This document shows positions 9,498 to 19,993 of a stretch of 54,960 nucleotides of DNA, piece by piece. Source of the stretch: Pseudomonadota bacterium (lineage in GTDB: Bacteria > Desulfobacterota > S145-22); the NCBI GenBank assembly GCA_015493505.1, contig WGDA01000065.1, positions 1 through 54,960 of the forward strand. The letters are read 5' to 3'. Under the pieces are notes generated by a model. That model was not told the origin of the DNA. It ran no database searches and saw only the letters and a program-made list of their open reading frames with translations. How positions within the stretch are numbered: position 1 is the stretch's first letter; every line of letters begins with the position of its first letter. Both the position numbers and the translations under genes were made by a program.

Positions 9498-10223
9498 TTG
9501 GACGAACAGATCCGTCGTTTGTGTGAAATGATGGGATACGGGTTTTCCGACGAAACATTGCTCGAACAGGCGCTGACTCACAGTTCATTCAGCTACGAAA
9601 GAACGGGAAGCGTTTCCGGAAGCAATGAGATTCTGGAATTTTTAGGGGACGCCGCCCTGAATCTCTCGGTCGCCGCCTATCTGATTCAGCGCTTTCCGGA
9701 GAAAAACGAGGGGGATCTGTCCCGTATGCGTGCGGAGCTGGTCAATGAACGCGCCCTCGCTCGGGCCGCGAAGCGGATTGGCCTGGACTCGTCCCTTCGG
9801 TTGGGGAAAAGCGCCCGGGCGGAAGGGAGCGATATCCCCGATTCCATTCTCGCGGACGGGGTCGAAGCCCTGATTGGAGCTGTTTTCCGGGATGGTGGCT
9901 ATCACCCGGCCTCATCGGTGGCCCTTCGGTTATTGGCGCCTGAAATAGAGGCAGGCGATTTCGCGAGAGGGACGGATTACAAGACACGGCTTCAGGAATA
10001 TACGCAAAAGGCGTATCAATCTCTGCCGGTTTACCGGATGGAAAACACGTCGGGTCCGGAGCACCAGAAGGTGTTCACGAGCGCTGTCTGGGTCAATGGT
10101 GAAAGGTTGGGGGTGGGACGGGGGCGCTCTATCAAGGCGTCTGAGCAGGAAGCGGCCCGGGTGGCCCTTGAGAAAATAGAGAAACGGTCTGGCGCGGAGG
10201 ATGCCGCCAGGCCCCATGTTTGA
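9498..10223 (+). CDS. rnc: Ribonuclease III
   Basis: ALTHSS, NEILEFLGDA, ADGVEALIGA, dsRBD DYKTRLQE. Confidence 0.95.
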   Translation: MDEQIRRLCEMMGYGFSDETLLEQALTHSSFSYERTGSVSGSNEILEFLGDAALNLSVAAYLIQRFPEKNEGDLSRMRAELVNERALARAAKRIGLDSSLRLGKSARAEGSDIPDSILADGVEALIGAVFRDGGYHPASSVALRLLAPEIEAGDFARGTDYKTRLQEYTQKAYQSLPVYRMENTSGPEHQKVFTSAVWVNGERLGVGRGRSIKASEQEAARVALEKIEKRSGAEDAARPHV

Positions 10224-10235
10224 GGGAACCGCGGG

Positions 10236-11264
10236 ATGAAAAAAAGGCGCTGGATATATCCCGTCTTTCTCCCCAACATGGGATGCCCCCACCGTTGCGC
10301 CTTCTGTGATCAGCATGCGGTTACCGGGGAGGTCACGGGGCTGCCTCCGCTCGAGGCGCTTGAGGCGGATTTTCCTTCAACAGGGGGAGGCGACAGGGAA
10401 GTCGTTCGCCAGATCGCCTTTTACGGGGGGAGCTTTACCGCGCTCCCTCTGTCCGTCCAGAAACGGTACCTCGATTGGGCGGCCGCGAAGGTTCGGCAGG
10501 GCCTGGTGGATTCCCTGCGGTGTTCCACGCGTCCTGACGCCCTGTCAGACGATGAATTGGCGTTTCTGTCGGATTATCCGATTCAAACGGTCGAGATTGG
10601 GGTTCAGTCGCTGGATGATGGTGTTTTGGCAGCCATAGGCCGGGGCCATACGGCGAAAGATGCGGAAGTGGCGGTGGAAAAGGTTCTCGCCAAAGGGTGG
10701 GAAGCGGGAGTTCAGCTCATGCCCGGTCTGCCGGGTGAAACTTTAAAGGGGTTTTTGCGCGGTGTGTCTGCCGTTGCCGGGTGGGGAGTCCGTGACGCGC
10801 GGTTGTATCCGGTGGTCGCGCTCGAGGGGACCCGCCTGGCCATGGCGTATCGAAGGGGCCGGTACCGCCCGCTTTCGCTGAAGGAAGCCGTCTTATGGTG
10901 CGCCCGGGCCAGCGAAATCCTCGAAGAATCGGGAGTGACTGTGATTCGCGTGGGGCTGCCTGATTCGGACCTCTTGAGGCGCTCCATCGTGGCAGGGCCT
11001 TATCATCCCGCTTTTGGGTTCCTGGTTCAGTCATTTCGGTTCCACCAGAGGCTTCAATCGGCGCTGTGTCGTGCTTCCAGCTCCGCGCGCGCGGTGCGGA
11101 TCCACCTCTCTCCCAGGGATGTGCCCCTCTTGATGGGAGACCGTGGCCAGGCCTGGAAGACCTTGCTGGCAGCCTATCCGGGGATGGATTTCCGTTATGA
11201 GGTGGACTCTGGACTCTCGAAAGGGGACGTGAAGCTGGAGGTGTCAACGCCACCGGTTGCATGA
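10236..11264 (+). CDS. Radical SAM protein (Elp3/HemN-related, no GNAT domain)
   Basis: CPHRCAFC cluster motif, IAFYGGSFT, STRPD, EIGVQS, QLMPGLPG. Confidence 0.88.
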   Translation: MKKRRWIYPVFLPNMGCPHRCAFCDQHAVTGEVTGLPPLEALEADFPSTGGGDREVVRQIAFYGGSFTALPLSVQKRYLDWAAAKVRQGLVDSLRCSTRPDALSDDELAFLSDYPIQTVEIGVQSLDDGVLAAIGRGHTAKDAEVAVEKVLAKGWEAGVQLMPGLPGETLKGFLRGVSAVAGWGVRDARLYPVVALEGTRLAMAYRRGRYRPLSLKEAVLWCARASEILEESGVTVIRVGLPDSDLLRRSIVAGPYHPAFGFLVQSFRFHQRLQSALCRASSSARAVRIHLSPRDVPLLMGDRGQAWKTLLAAYPGMDFRYEVDSGLSKGDVKLEVSTPPVA

Positions 11265-11383
11265 TGAAACCACCGGCCGGGATCCGCGCGCGTGGCGCCA
11301 CATAACCGTGGCAGATTTTATGGCTATACACAGCCGGGGGATTCTGTTATAACTTCACGACATGATGCCTTTGATGAGGCAAT

Positions 11384-12778
11384 TTGTCAGGGAGATTTCC
11401 TGAAATGTATGCGGCGTTTCGGAAATTCATGCTCCAGAGGGACTGGGCCAGGCCCGGCGCGCGGATTGTCGTGGGAGTTTCAGGTGGCATGGATTCCATG
11501 GTCCTGCTCTTTCTGCTGCGAAAATTGTCTCGCGAGCGGGAGCTTTCTCTCGTCGTGGCGCATCTGAATCATACCCTGAGGGGGATGGAATCAGACAGGG
11601 ATGAAGCGTTTGTCACCTCGACCTGCGACGCGTGGGGACTTCCCGTCATAACGGGCAGGAAAGACATCAGGCGGCAAGCGGCGCTCGAGGGACTTTCCGT
11701 TCAGGTGGCGGCACGGCAGGTGCGGTACGCGTTTTTCAGTGAGGTGCTTGAAAAGGAGAAAGGAGACTGGCTGGCCCTGGGGCATCACGCGGACGACGTG
11801 GCTGAGACGGTCATGATGCGGCTGTTGCGGGGAGCCTCCGTTCAGGGGCTTCGGGGGATTCCCCTGCAAAATGAGAAGGTTATTCGGCCTCTTCTGCATT
11901 TTCCCAGAAGCAGAATTGCGGCGTTTGCCCGCGAGGAGAAAATTCCTTACGTGGAAGACAGCTCAAACCAGAGTGTGAAATACCTTCGAAACAGAATCCG
12001 TCACGAGCTTATTCCCCTGATTGAACGGGATTATTGCCCCTCTTTTTCACGCAGGCTGATTCGATATGCTACGTATTTCGGCGAGATTCAGCACTTTCTT
12101 TCCGAGCTGACGGAAAAGGCGGAAAATGATGTCGTGGGCAGGGATGGGAAAATCGATGTCAGGGCCTTCAACGGGTTGAATGTGGCCGTCAGGCGCGCCT
12201 TCCTGGAGGCATATCTCCTGAAGGGGGGGTGGGTCTCTCGTCCCCTTTCTTTCGACCAGCTGGATAAAGCCATCCGGATGGCGGAAACGCGGGGGGGTGC
12301 CAGTAGGATCGCGATCGGGCGCGGGAAATGGCTGGTTCGGGAGTATGACACCCTCTTCGTCACGGAGGTTCCCGTACAGGAGGGAATAACTCCCGTGACC
12401 TGCCCCATTCCCGGTTCAGTCGAGATTAAGGAGATCGGGAACCGCCTGACGGTCCGCGAACAGTTTGCGCCGCCCGGTAACCTTGCTTCCGACAGCCAAA
12501 AGGCTTACGTTGACGGAGACCAGGTGGGCGCCAGCGTGTGGATTCGCGGGTTTCGGCCCGGAGACAAGATTGTGACGAACGGAACGAAGAAACTCAAAAA
12601 GCTGTTCATCGACGCGAAGATTCCTCGTAGGTTGCGACGCCGGATCCCCCTGGTGGGGGCGGGCGACGATATTATCTGGGTCGGGGGGATGCGTGTCAAC
12701 CGCCCATATTACGTGACCGCCCGCACGAAACGTATCCTGTGTTTTCAATTCCAGTTTCCCATCAGGACGCGGGAATGA
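11384..12778 (+). CDS. tilS: tRNA(Ile)-lysidine synthetase
   Basis: PP-loop VSGGMDS, HLNHTLRG, HHADDVAET, IRPLL, DSSN, RNRIRH; C-terminal TilS domain. Start may be ATG 11405. Confidence 0.95.
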   Translation: MSGRFPEMYAAFRKFMLQRDWARPGARIVVGVSGGMDSMVLLFLLRKLSRERELSLVVAHLNHTLRGMESDRDEAFVTSTCDAWGLPVITGRKDIRRQAALEGLSVQVAARQVRYAFFSEVLEKEKGDWLALGHHADDVAETVMMRLLRGASVQGLRGIPLQNEKVIRPLLHFPRSRIAAFAREEKIPYVEDSSNQSVKYLRNRIRHELIPLIERDYCPSFSRRLIRYATYFGEIQHFLSELTEKAENDVVGRDGKIDVRAFNGLNVAVRRAFLEAYLLKGGWVSRPLSFDQLDKAIRMAETRGGASRIAIGRGKWLVREYDTLFVTEVPVQEGITPVTCPIPGSVEIKEIGNRLTVREQFAPPGNLASDSQKAYVDGDQVGASVWIRGFRPGDKIVTNGTKKLKKLFIDAKIPRRLRRRIPLVGAGDDIIWVGGMRVNRPYYVTARTKRILCFQFQFPIRTRE

Positions 12779-15447
12779 TGGACGTGATTACGACCCATGT
12801 GGGCGCGGATTTTGACGCCTTTGCCAGCATGGTGGCGGCGAAGAAACTCTATCCGGATGCCCTGATTTCGTTCCCCGGAAGTCCGGAAAAGGGCTTGAGG
12901 GATTTTTTCGTGGTCTCCGCCCTGTACGCCCTCGACATTACGCCAGCCACAGAGATTGCGTTGGAAAAGATCACGCGTCTCATCGTGGTGGATACGCGGC
13001 AAAGGGGGCGGATTGGCCTTTTTGAAAAGGTTTTGGAAAACCCGGGGGTGGAGGTGATTGTTTATGATCACCACCCCCCGTCTGCGGACGATATACAGAC
13101 GAAGCGCGCCTTTGTTTCTAAAACGGGCGCGTGCGTGACGCTGATGGCCGAGATTCTTCAGGAAAAAGGGATTCCCCTGACGCCGGATGAGGCGACCATT
13201 CTGATGCTCGGGCTTTATGAGGATACCGGAGCCCTGAAGTTTGTTTCCACGACGCCCCGGGATTTCCGTGCCGCCGCCTTTCTCCTGGAGCAAGGGGCAA
13301 GTTTAAGTGTGGTCTCGGACCTTCTGATCAAGGAGATGACGACGGAACAGGTTCTGTTACTGCATGACCTGATTCGATCAACCTCCCATCATCGTATCCA
13401 TGGGATCGATATATATATCGCCACGGCCTCTTCTGAACAGTATATCGGAGACATGGCAGTGGTGGTGCACAAATTGAGGGACATGGAAAATTATAATGTC
13501 CTGTTTGTCCTTGTCTCCATGGAAGACCGCGTTTATCTTGTTGCCAGAAGTCGGCTCGAAAACGTTCATGTGGGGGAAATCGCCCGGCATTTTGGGGGAG
13601 GGGGACACCCCACCGCCGCCTCCGCCACGTTGAAGGGGGTCACATTGCCCGAGGCGAAGGAAATGCTGCTGAAGGTTTTGGAGAAGATGATCCCCCCAAA
13701 ATTGGTTGCCAGAACCATGATGTCATCCCCCCCTATCATTGCGCACGAGCGAACCCTCATCAAGGACGCTCAGACCCTGATGACGCGATACAACATCAAC
13801 GGGCTGGTCGTAGTGGATGAACAGGAAAAAATTTGTGGAATCGTGACACGCCAGACAGTAGAAAAAGCCGTTTACCATGGCTTGGAACGGAGCCCAGTTT
13901 CCCAATTTATGACAACAGAATTTTCCACGGTGACCCCGGAGGATTCCTTTGAGACGGTCCAACAAAAGGTCATTGGTGAGAGCCAGCGGCTTCTTCCCGT
14001 GCTCGAGAAGGACCGGGTTGTCGGCGTGATTACCCGAACGGATGTGATGCGTATTTTCAGAGAGCGGGTGGGGGAGAAGGTGGGAGACGGCGCGTTACCC
14101 ACCCTGTCACAACCCATGAGGGGAAAGCAGATTAAGAAACTGATGGCGGAACGTTTGCCGGTACACGTGTATGAGTTTCTGAAAAAGGCGGGGGAAGTGG
14201 CGGAAGAGATGGGATTCCAGGCGTATGGCGTGGGTGGATTCGTACGGGATTTGTTGCTTCGAAGGGATACGTTTGACATCGATATCGTGGTCGAGGGTGA
14301 TGGGATGGCTTTTTCCGAAAGGCTTGCGGCGTATACCAATGGCGTGAGCAAAAGGCACCGGAAGTTCAAAACCGCGTCCCTCACGCTTCCTGACGGATTT
14401 CAGGTGGACATCGCGTCGGCACGCCTGGAATATTACGACCGGCCGGCGGCCCTACCGACGGTGACCCACAGCTCCATCAAACTGGACCTCTTTCGACGAG
14501 ACTTTACGATAAATACCCTGGCGGTTCGACTGAAACCAGATTCGTTTGGGCAGTTGCTCGACTTTTTCGGAGCGCAGGAGGATCTCCGGGAAAGGCGTAT
14601 ACGTGTTTTGAACAACCTCAGCTTCGTGGAAGATCCCACAAGGATTCTACGCGCAATTCGATTTGAGCAGCGTTTCGGTTTCCGCCTGGGGAAACACACT
14701 CTGAACCTGATGAAACACGCCATCCAGAACAATTTTATCGACCTTCTTTCGGGGAAACGCCTGTTCAACGAGTTTTCCCTGATTCTCGAGGAAGAGGACC
14801 CCGTCGCTATGCTGAAGCGCATGGACGAACTGGATGTTTTGAAGGCGATACACCCGAAACTTGTCATTCATGAACGGATACTGAATCTGCTGAGGGCCGT
14901 CCGGGAAACGCTCGCGTGGTACGATCTGCTGTTTCAGAGGCAAAAAGCGGACAAATGGGTGGTCTATCTCTTTGCCTTGACAGATTACACGCGACCGGAG
15001 GTGCTGGGTGAGGTCATGGAGCGCTTTAAAATTCCCCCAAAAAGCCGCCAGAAATGGCAGGATGAACGGCGGGAAGGCATGATTTGCCTGGGACAGTTGA
15101 AAAAAAGGCTAAAAGAGGGAACATGCCCCCCCAGTTGTGTGCACGAAAAGCTTAGCCCCCTTCATTTGAATACGCTGTTGTTTATGCTGGCCAAAGCGGA
15201 CACGGTTTCCGTCAAGCGTGAGATATCATCCTTCGTGACGGATTACAGCCGGGTAAAAATCTCCCTGAAAGGGCACGACCTGAAGGACATGGGGATCCCA
15301 CAGGGGCCCATTTATCAGGAAATTTTCAGAAACCTTCTGAAGCAGCGTCTTGACGGAAAGATTAAAAACAAGCGGGAAGAGATTTCTTGGGTGTTGAAGT
15401 ATATGAAAGATGTTAAAGGTGAAGGTCTCGCAAACGCGCGGGCATGA
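12775..15447 (+). CDS. tRNA nucleotidyltransferase with N-terminal DHH/DHHA1 and CBS domains (A-adding / CCA-adding type)
   Basis: DFDA, VDT, YDHH, GGGGHPTAA; two CBS repeats; GGFVRD, DIDIV, RRDFTIN, EDPTRILRAIRF. ATG overlaps tilS TGA. Confidence 0.9.
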   Translation: MMDVITTHVGADFDAFASMVAAKKLYPDALISFPGSPEKGLRDFFVVSALYALDITPATEIALEKITRLIVVDTRQRGRIGLFEKVLENPGVEVIVYDHHPPSADDIQTKRAFVSKTGACVTLMAEILQEKGIPLTPDEATILMLGLYEDTGALKFVSTTPRDFRAAAFLLEQGASLSVVSDLLIKEMTTEQVLLLHDLIRSTSHHRIHGIDIYIATASSEQYIGDMAVVVHKLRDMENYNVLFVLVSMEDRVYLVARSRLENVHVGEIARHFGGGGHPTAASATLKGVTLPEAKEMLLKVLEKMIPPKLVARTMMSSPPIIAHERTLIKDAQTLMTRYNINGLVVVDEQEKICGIVTRQTVEKAVYHGLERSPVSQFMTTEFSTVTPEDSFETVQQKVIGESQRLLPVLEKDRVVGVITRTDVMRIFRERVGEKVGDGALPTLSQPMRGKQIKKLMAERLPVHVYEFLKKAGEVAEEMGFQAYGVGGFVRDLLLRRDTFDIDIVVEGDGMAFSERLAAYTNGVSKRHRKFKTASLTLPDGFQVDIASARLEYYDRPAALPTVTHSSIKLDLFRRDFTINTLAVRLKPDSFGQLLDFFGAQEDLRERRIRVLNNLSFVEDPTRILRAIRFEQRFGFRLGKHTLNLMKHAIQNNFIDLLSGKRLFNEFSLILEEEDPVAMLKRMDELDVLKAIHPKLVIHERILNLLRAVRETLAWYDLLFQRQKADKWVVYLFALTDYTRPEVLGEVMERFKIPPKSRQKWQDERREGMICLGQLKKRLKEGTCPPSCVHEKLSPLHLNTLLFMLAKADTVSVKREISSFVTDYSRVKISLKGHDLKDMGIPQGPIYQEIFRNLLKQRLDGKIKNKREEISWVLKYMKDVKGEGLANARA

Positions 15448-15518
15448 CCTGTCACCTTTGAACGTGATTAGTTTGAGAGATACAAGAAAAGACAAAGAGT
15501 CCTGGTAAGGAGGAAGTT

Positions 15519-16157
15519 TTGAATCACATCATTCAGGAGATTAGCATTCTGCTGGTGCCCGTGCTGCTGGCGGTCACGTTTCATGAGCTGGCCCATGGGT
15601 GGGTCGCTTATAAGTTGGGAGATCCCACAGCCAAAGAGGCGGGACGATTGACCCTGAACCCGATTAAACATCTCGACGTGCTTGGGACCATCGTGTTCTT
15701 TGTCACCAGGATGATCGGGTGGGCCAAGCCGGTTCCCGTGAATCCTTTCAATTTCAGGAACCCCAAGAGGGATATGGCATGGGTCGCGGTGGCGGGTCCC
15801 GCCATGAATATCCTGCTGGCTGTCGGGTTTACCATTCTTCTCAAGGTGCTGCTGCTAATCCCATTGAACCCTACGTCATCCCTCGTTCGCGTGTTCATGC
15901 CTCTGGCCCTGATGTTCAAGGCGGGAATTATCATTAACGTGGGGCTGGCGATTTTCAACATCATCCCCATTCCTCCTCTTGATGGAAGCAAGATTCTGGA
16001 AGGGGTGTTGCCCATGGAGGCCGCGATACGGTACGCCAAGCTCGAACGGTATGGCTTTATCATCCTGATTCTGCTTATCTTTACCCATGTGGTTGATTAC
16101 GTGGTATTCCCCGTAATTCGCGTGATCACGTCTCTTTTCCTTGGGTTCGTGGTTTGA
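15519..16157 (+). CDS. Site-2 protease (peptidase M50)
   Basis: HELAHG (HExxH), AGPAMN, NIIPIPPLDG; TTG start after AGGAGG. Confidence 0.93.
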   Translation: MNHIIQEISILLVPVLLAVTFHELAHGWVAYKLGDPTAKEAGRLTLNPIKHLDVLGTIVFFVTRMIGWAKPVPVNPFNFRNPKRDMAWVAVAGPAMNILLAVGFTILLKVLLLIPLNPTSSLVRVFMPLALMFKAGIIINVGLAIFNIIPIPPLDGSKILEGVLPMEAAIRYAKLERYGFIILILLIFTHVVDYVVFPVIRVITSLFLGFVV

Positions 16158-16269
16158 CACGAAATCCGTTACCTTTCGAGACCTGTTTGACATTTTAGGG
16201 GAATTGGTCTAATAGAAAATATTCGATAACTTAGTATCGGTTTTCTAATCATGTGATTACGAAGGAACG

Positions 16270-18573
16270 ATGGACGACCTTGATTATAAAACGCTGATAG
16301 AGGGAATTCCCGACTTTATCTATATTCACGACCTTGACGGGCGATTCCTGGAAGTGAATAAATCTCTAATAACGCTTCTCAGGTGTGAAAGAAACGATCT
16401 GATCGGGCGCAACATCACGGAATTTATCCATCCCCGGTGTCGGCAGGAGTTTTTTGAGGAATGTTTAAAGACACTTCGCGCGAAGAAAGTGGTGAAAGGG
16501 TTGATCACGGTATCCAACCGGGATGGTGAAACACGCCTGCTTGAATATCACAGTAGAGTCGTTGAAAGGAACGGCTGTCCCCCTGTCGTGCAAGGGGTGG
16601 CGCGTGACGTAAGTGTCCAGAAACGGCTGGAAAAGGAGTTAGCGGACCGTGAGGTGCTTTATCGCGCCTTATTCGAAAACGCGGCGGACGCTATTTTCCT
16701 GATGGAGGGTGAAATTTTTATAGACTGCAACCCGAAAGCTGTGGAGATGTTTGGCTGCAAAGAGAAGCCCGATATCGTCCAAAAACCTCCCTACCTCTTT
16801 TCTCCTGAATTTCAACCGGATGGCCAGTTGTCGCGAGAGAAGGCCCTGAAAAAGATTCGCGCGGCTTTGAATGGCGTGCCTCAAAGATTTGAATGGGTGC
16901 ACACGCGCCTGGATGGCACTCCCTTCAACACGATCGTCAGCCTGTTTCAGATTGATGTGCAAAAAAGGCAACTGATAGTGGCGATGGTTCATGATATTTC
17001 CGCCATCAAAAACGCCACGAAGGCGCTTCAGGAGAGTGAGCAGAACTATCGGGAACTGGTTGAAAATGCCAACGTGATTATCTACAGGTTCACGCCTGAC
17101 GGAACTTTCACGTTTATCAACAAATATGGAGAAGAGTTTTTTGGGTATAGCCGTGATGAGCTGATTGGCAAAAAGAAGACAGTGGGAACCATTATTCCCA
17201 AAACCGGGGAAAAGAGCCAGTCGCTACGAGAGATGTTCCAGGATTTGTGCGCCCATCCGGAACGGTATTACGAACATGAAAATGAAAATGTGACACGAGA
17301 CGGCCGCACGGTTTATATCAAGTGGCGCAACCAGCCCATTCGGGACGCCAATGGCAATGTCAGGGAAATCCTGAGTATCGGCACGGATGTCACGAAGATC
17401 CGAGAGCTGGAAAACGAGCTTCTCCAGGCGAAAAAGCTCGAGGCGATCGGAACTCTTGCCGGTGGGATTGCGCACGATTTCAATAATATCCTTGGGGGGA
17501 TCATGGGATATGTTTCCCTTCTGAAGGAACGACACGCCCCGGACGACTCGCATTATGCCATTCTTGAAAAGATAGAAAACGCCGGTCTTCGCGCTTCTGA
17601 TCTTATTAAGCAGCTCCTCGCCTTTTCACGGAGAGGAAAGTACGAAAACAGAAATATGGAAATCAATGAGAAGATACGGAATGTGATTGATATCCTGAAA
17701 CATTCGGCTCCCAAAAAGGTGACGTTTGACCTTGAACTAATGGAAGGCCTCCCTGAGATTGTGGGGGATCCTTCCCAGATTGAGCAGGTTTTTATGAATA
17801 CGTGCCTGAATGCCATCCAGGCGATGCCCGATGGTGGAAGGTTGCGAATAGTTACCTCCCTCGATAACGAAAAGGAACTCCAGAAACCCCTGTTTGAGGG
17901 AAAACCTGATAAACCCTATGTATCCATTGTCATATCCGACACGGGCGTTGGGATGGACGAGGAGACGAAAGAACATATTTTTGAACCCTTTTTCACCACA
18001 AAGCCCGTTGGCAAGGGGACGGGGCTGGGCCTTTCGACGGTTTATGGCATCGTGAAGAATCACGGGGGAGGCGTGACAGTTGAGTCAACAAAGGGGAAAG
18101 GAACCACCTTTCGATTTTATTTTCCGGCAGCGGAAGGCGCCGCAACCGCGCCAGGCACAAAGGAAGCCCGTGTGAAACGCGATCGAGGCCTTTTGCAGGG
18201 GAAAGGAAAAATCCTGGTGGCGGATGATGAAGAGGTTTTTCGCGACATGCTCAAAGATGTCCTTGAATACCTGGGATATGATGTTTTGACCGCGAGAGAC
18301 GGCAAAGAGGGCCTGGAGGTCTTTAAAAGGCATCAGAGCGCTATTGATCTGGTGATTCTTGATATGAATATGCCTGTCATGGACGGGAAAGAGATGTTTC
18401 GGGAGTTAAAAAAGCTTTCTCCAGATGTGAAGGCCCTCCTCGCGACCGGCTTCACGCTGAATGGTGCGGTTCAAACCCTGATGGACGAAGGCGTGATGGG
18501 GTTTATCCAGAAACCCTTTAGGATTGAAGAGATTTCAAAGGCCATCAACGCCCTGATGTCCATGGAGACCTGA
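16270..18573 (+). CDS. Hybrid sensor histidine kinase (three PAS domains, HisKA, HATPase, REC)
   Basis: PAS repeats, AHDFNN, QVFMNTCLNA, DTGVGM, FFTTK, GTGLGL, C-terminal DLVILDMNMP. Confidence 0.93.
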   Translation: MDDLDYKTLIEGIPDFIYIHDLDGRFLEVNKSLITLLRCERNDLIGRNITEFIHPRCRQEFFEECLKTLRAKKVVKGLITVSNRDGETRLLEYHSRVVERNGCPPVVQGVARDVSVQKRLEKELADREVLYRALFENAADAIFLMEGEIFIDCNPKAVEMFGCKEKPDIVQKPPYLFSPEFQPDGQLSREKALKKIRAALNGVPQRFEWVHTRLDGTPFNTIVSLFQIDVQKRQLIVAMVHDISAIKNATKALQESEQNYRELVENANVIIYRFTPDGTFTFINKYGEEFFGYSRDELIGKKKTVGTIIPKTGEKSQSLREMFQDLCAHPERYYEHENENVTRDGRTVYIKWRNQPIRDANGNVREILSIGTDVTKIRELENELLQAKKLEAIGTLAGGIAHDFNNILGGIMGYVSLLKERHAPDDSHYAILEKIENAGLRASDLIKQLLAFSRRGKYENRNMEINEKIRNVIDILKHSAPKKVTFDLELMEGLPEIVGDPSQIEQVFMNTCLNAIQAMPDGGRLRIVTSLDNEKELQKPLFEGKPDKPYVSIVISDTGVGMDEETKEHIFEPFFTTKPVGKGTGLGLSTVYGIVKNHGGGVTVESTKGKGTTFRFYFPAAEGAATAPGTKEARVKRDRGLLQGKGKILVADDEEVFRDMLKDVLEYLGYDVLTARDGKEGLEVFKRHQSAIDLVILDMNMPVMDGKEMFRELKKLSPDVKALLATGFTLNGAVQTLMDEGVMGFIQKPFRIEEISKAINALMSMET

Positions 18574-18653
18574 TGGCCTTCTCAAAGGTATTCCTAAACC
18601 CCCGTTTGCCCGGTTTTCCCCCGAAAACGGCCTGATAGAGGCATAGGCCAGTT

Positions 18654-18920
18654 TCAGTAGGCTCTCGTCTGGTCCATCTGGTGCCCGATTAGCGCGCCAC
18701 CCAGTGCCCCGGCCAGGCCGCCCAGAATGGCGCCATTCCGCACACTCCCCTTGTGTTTATGATTCAGGTTGTTGCCTATAATGGCGCCGCCGACAGCCCC
18801 CAGCGTTCCCCCATAAAGGGCGCCGCGCTGGGTGTTATTCATGCTGTTCATCGTGGTGCATCCAGCCAGGCCCATGCCAACAAACGTGACAAGCAGTATC
18901 AAAATCATCAATCGTTTCAT
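18654..18920 (-). CDS. Glycine-zipper lipoprotein
   Basis: Lipobox LAGC; GA/GG repeats (GGTLGAVGGAIIG, GGLAGALGGALIG); GGAG RBS before ATG 18920. Confidence 0.85.
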   Translation of the reverse strand: MKRLMILILLVTFVGMGLAGCTTMNSMNNTQRGALYGGTLGAVGGAIIGNNLNHKHKGSVRNGAILGGLAGALGGALIGHQMDQTRAY

Positions 18921-18987
18921 CGTTAACTCCTTTCCGCTGTTGAGCTCTTTTTTAATTATTTGACGGTTCAAACCAATACTTTATTCA

Positions 18988-19015
18988 TTGCATTTTTTTG
19001 GGGATTTGTTTATGA
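18988..19015 (+). promoter_or_regulatory. Possible sigma70 promoter of ilvE
   Basis: TTGCAT-N16-TATGAT about 40 nt upstream of ATG 19056. Confidence 0.4.
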
Positions 19016-19055
19016 TAAATGTTGAAAACAAGGAAAAAACCGAAAGGAGGCTGCC

Positions 19056-19991
19056 ATGGTTCAGAAGGCGGAAAAAATTTGGAAAGATAGTCAGTTGATT
19101 CCGTGGGACGACGCCAACGTCCATGTCTTAACACATACCCTTCATTATGGTTTGGGTGTTTTTGAAGGGATTCGATGCTATGAATGCGTCGATGGCCGGT
19201 CAGCCGTCTTTCGGTTGCGGGATCACGTGGTCAGGCTTCTTAATTCGGCCAAGATCGGAGAAATGGAGATTCCCTTTACCGTTGAGGAGATCGAACAGGG
19301 AATTAAAGACACTTTGAACGCCAACGGGTTGAAGGAAGGGTACATCCGGCCCATCGCGATTATCGGCGAAGGCGTGATGGGGGTTCATCCACAGGACAAC
19401 CCGATTAACCTCTTCATCGTGACATGGCCATGGGGCGCTTATCTGGGAGAGGAGGGGCTGAGAAAAGGGATTCGCGTAAAGATTTCCTCCTATACCCGGC
19501 ATCACGTCAACATCAGCATGACCAAGGCGAAAATCTGCGGGAATTATGTCAATTCCATCCTGGCCAAGCGAGAAGCGGTGCGCTCTGGGTATGATGAGGC
19601 GCTGCTCTTGGACACGGAAGGGTACGTCTGCGAGGCTTCGGGAGAAAATATTTTTATCGTGGAGGGGAACACCCTCAAGACACCGCCTTTAACTTCCATT
19701 CTTCCCGGAATCACCAGGGATTCCATCATGACCCTGGCACGAGACCTGGGCTTCGAGGTGGTGGAGCAGCGGTTTACCCGGGACGAGCTTTACACAGCCG
19801 ACGAAGCCTTCTTCAGTGGAACCGCTGCGGAAGTAACGCCAATCCGCGAAGTGGATGACCGAACCATAGGAAAAGGATCAGCCGGTGAGATTACCCTGCG
19901 TATCCAGTCAGCCTATTTCGATGTGGTCAAAGGCAAGGACGACTGGGCACAGGGCCGCTATGCCCACTGGCGCGCTTATATCGATGAATAG
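19056..19991 (+). CDS. ilvE: Branched-chain amino acid aminotransferase
   Basis: [25 protein letters not shown] (PLP lysine), [23 protein letters not shown]. Confidence 0.96.
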   Translation: MVQKAEKIWKDSQLIPWDDANVHVLTHTLHYGLGVFEGIRCYECVDGRSAVFRLRDHVVRLLNSAKIGEMEIPFTVEEIEQGIKDTLNANGLKEGYIRPIAIIGEGVMGVHPQDNPINLFIVTWPWGAYLGEEGLRKGIRVKISSYTRHHVNISMTKAKICGNYVNSILAKREAVRSGYDEALLLDTEGYVCEASGENIFIVEGNTLKTPPLTSILPGITRDSIMTLARDLGFEVVEQRFTRDELYTADEAFFSGTAAEVTPIREVDDRTIGKGSAGEITLRIQSAYFDVVKGKDDWAQGRYAHWRAYIDE

Positions 19992-19993
19992 AG

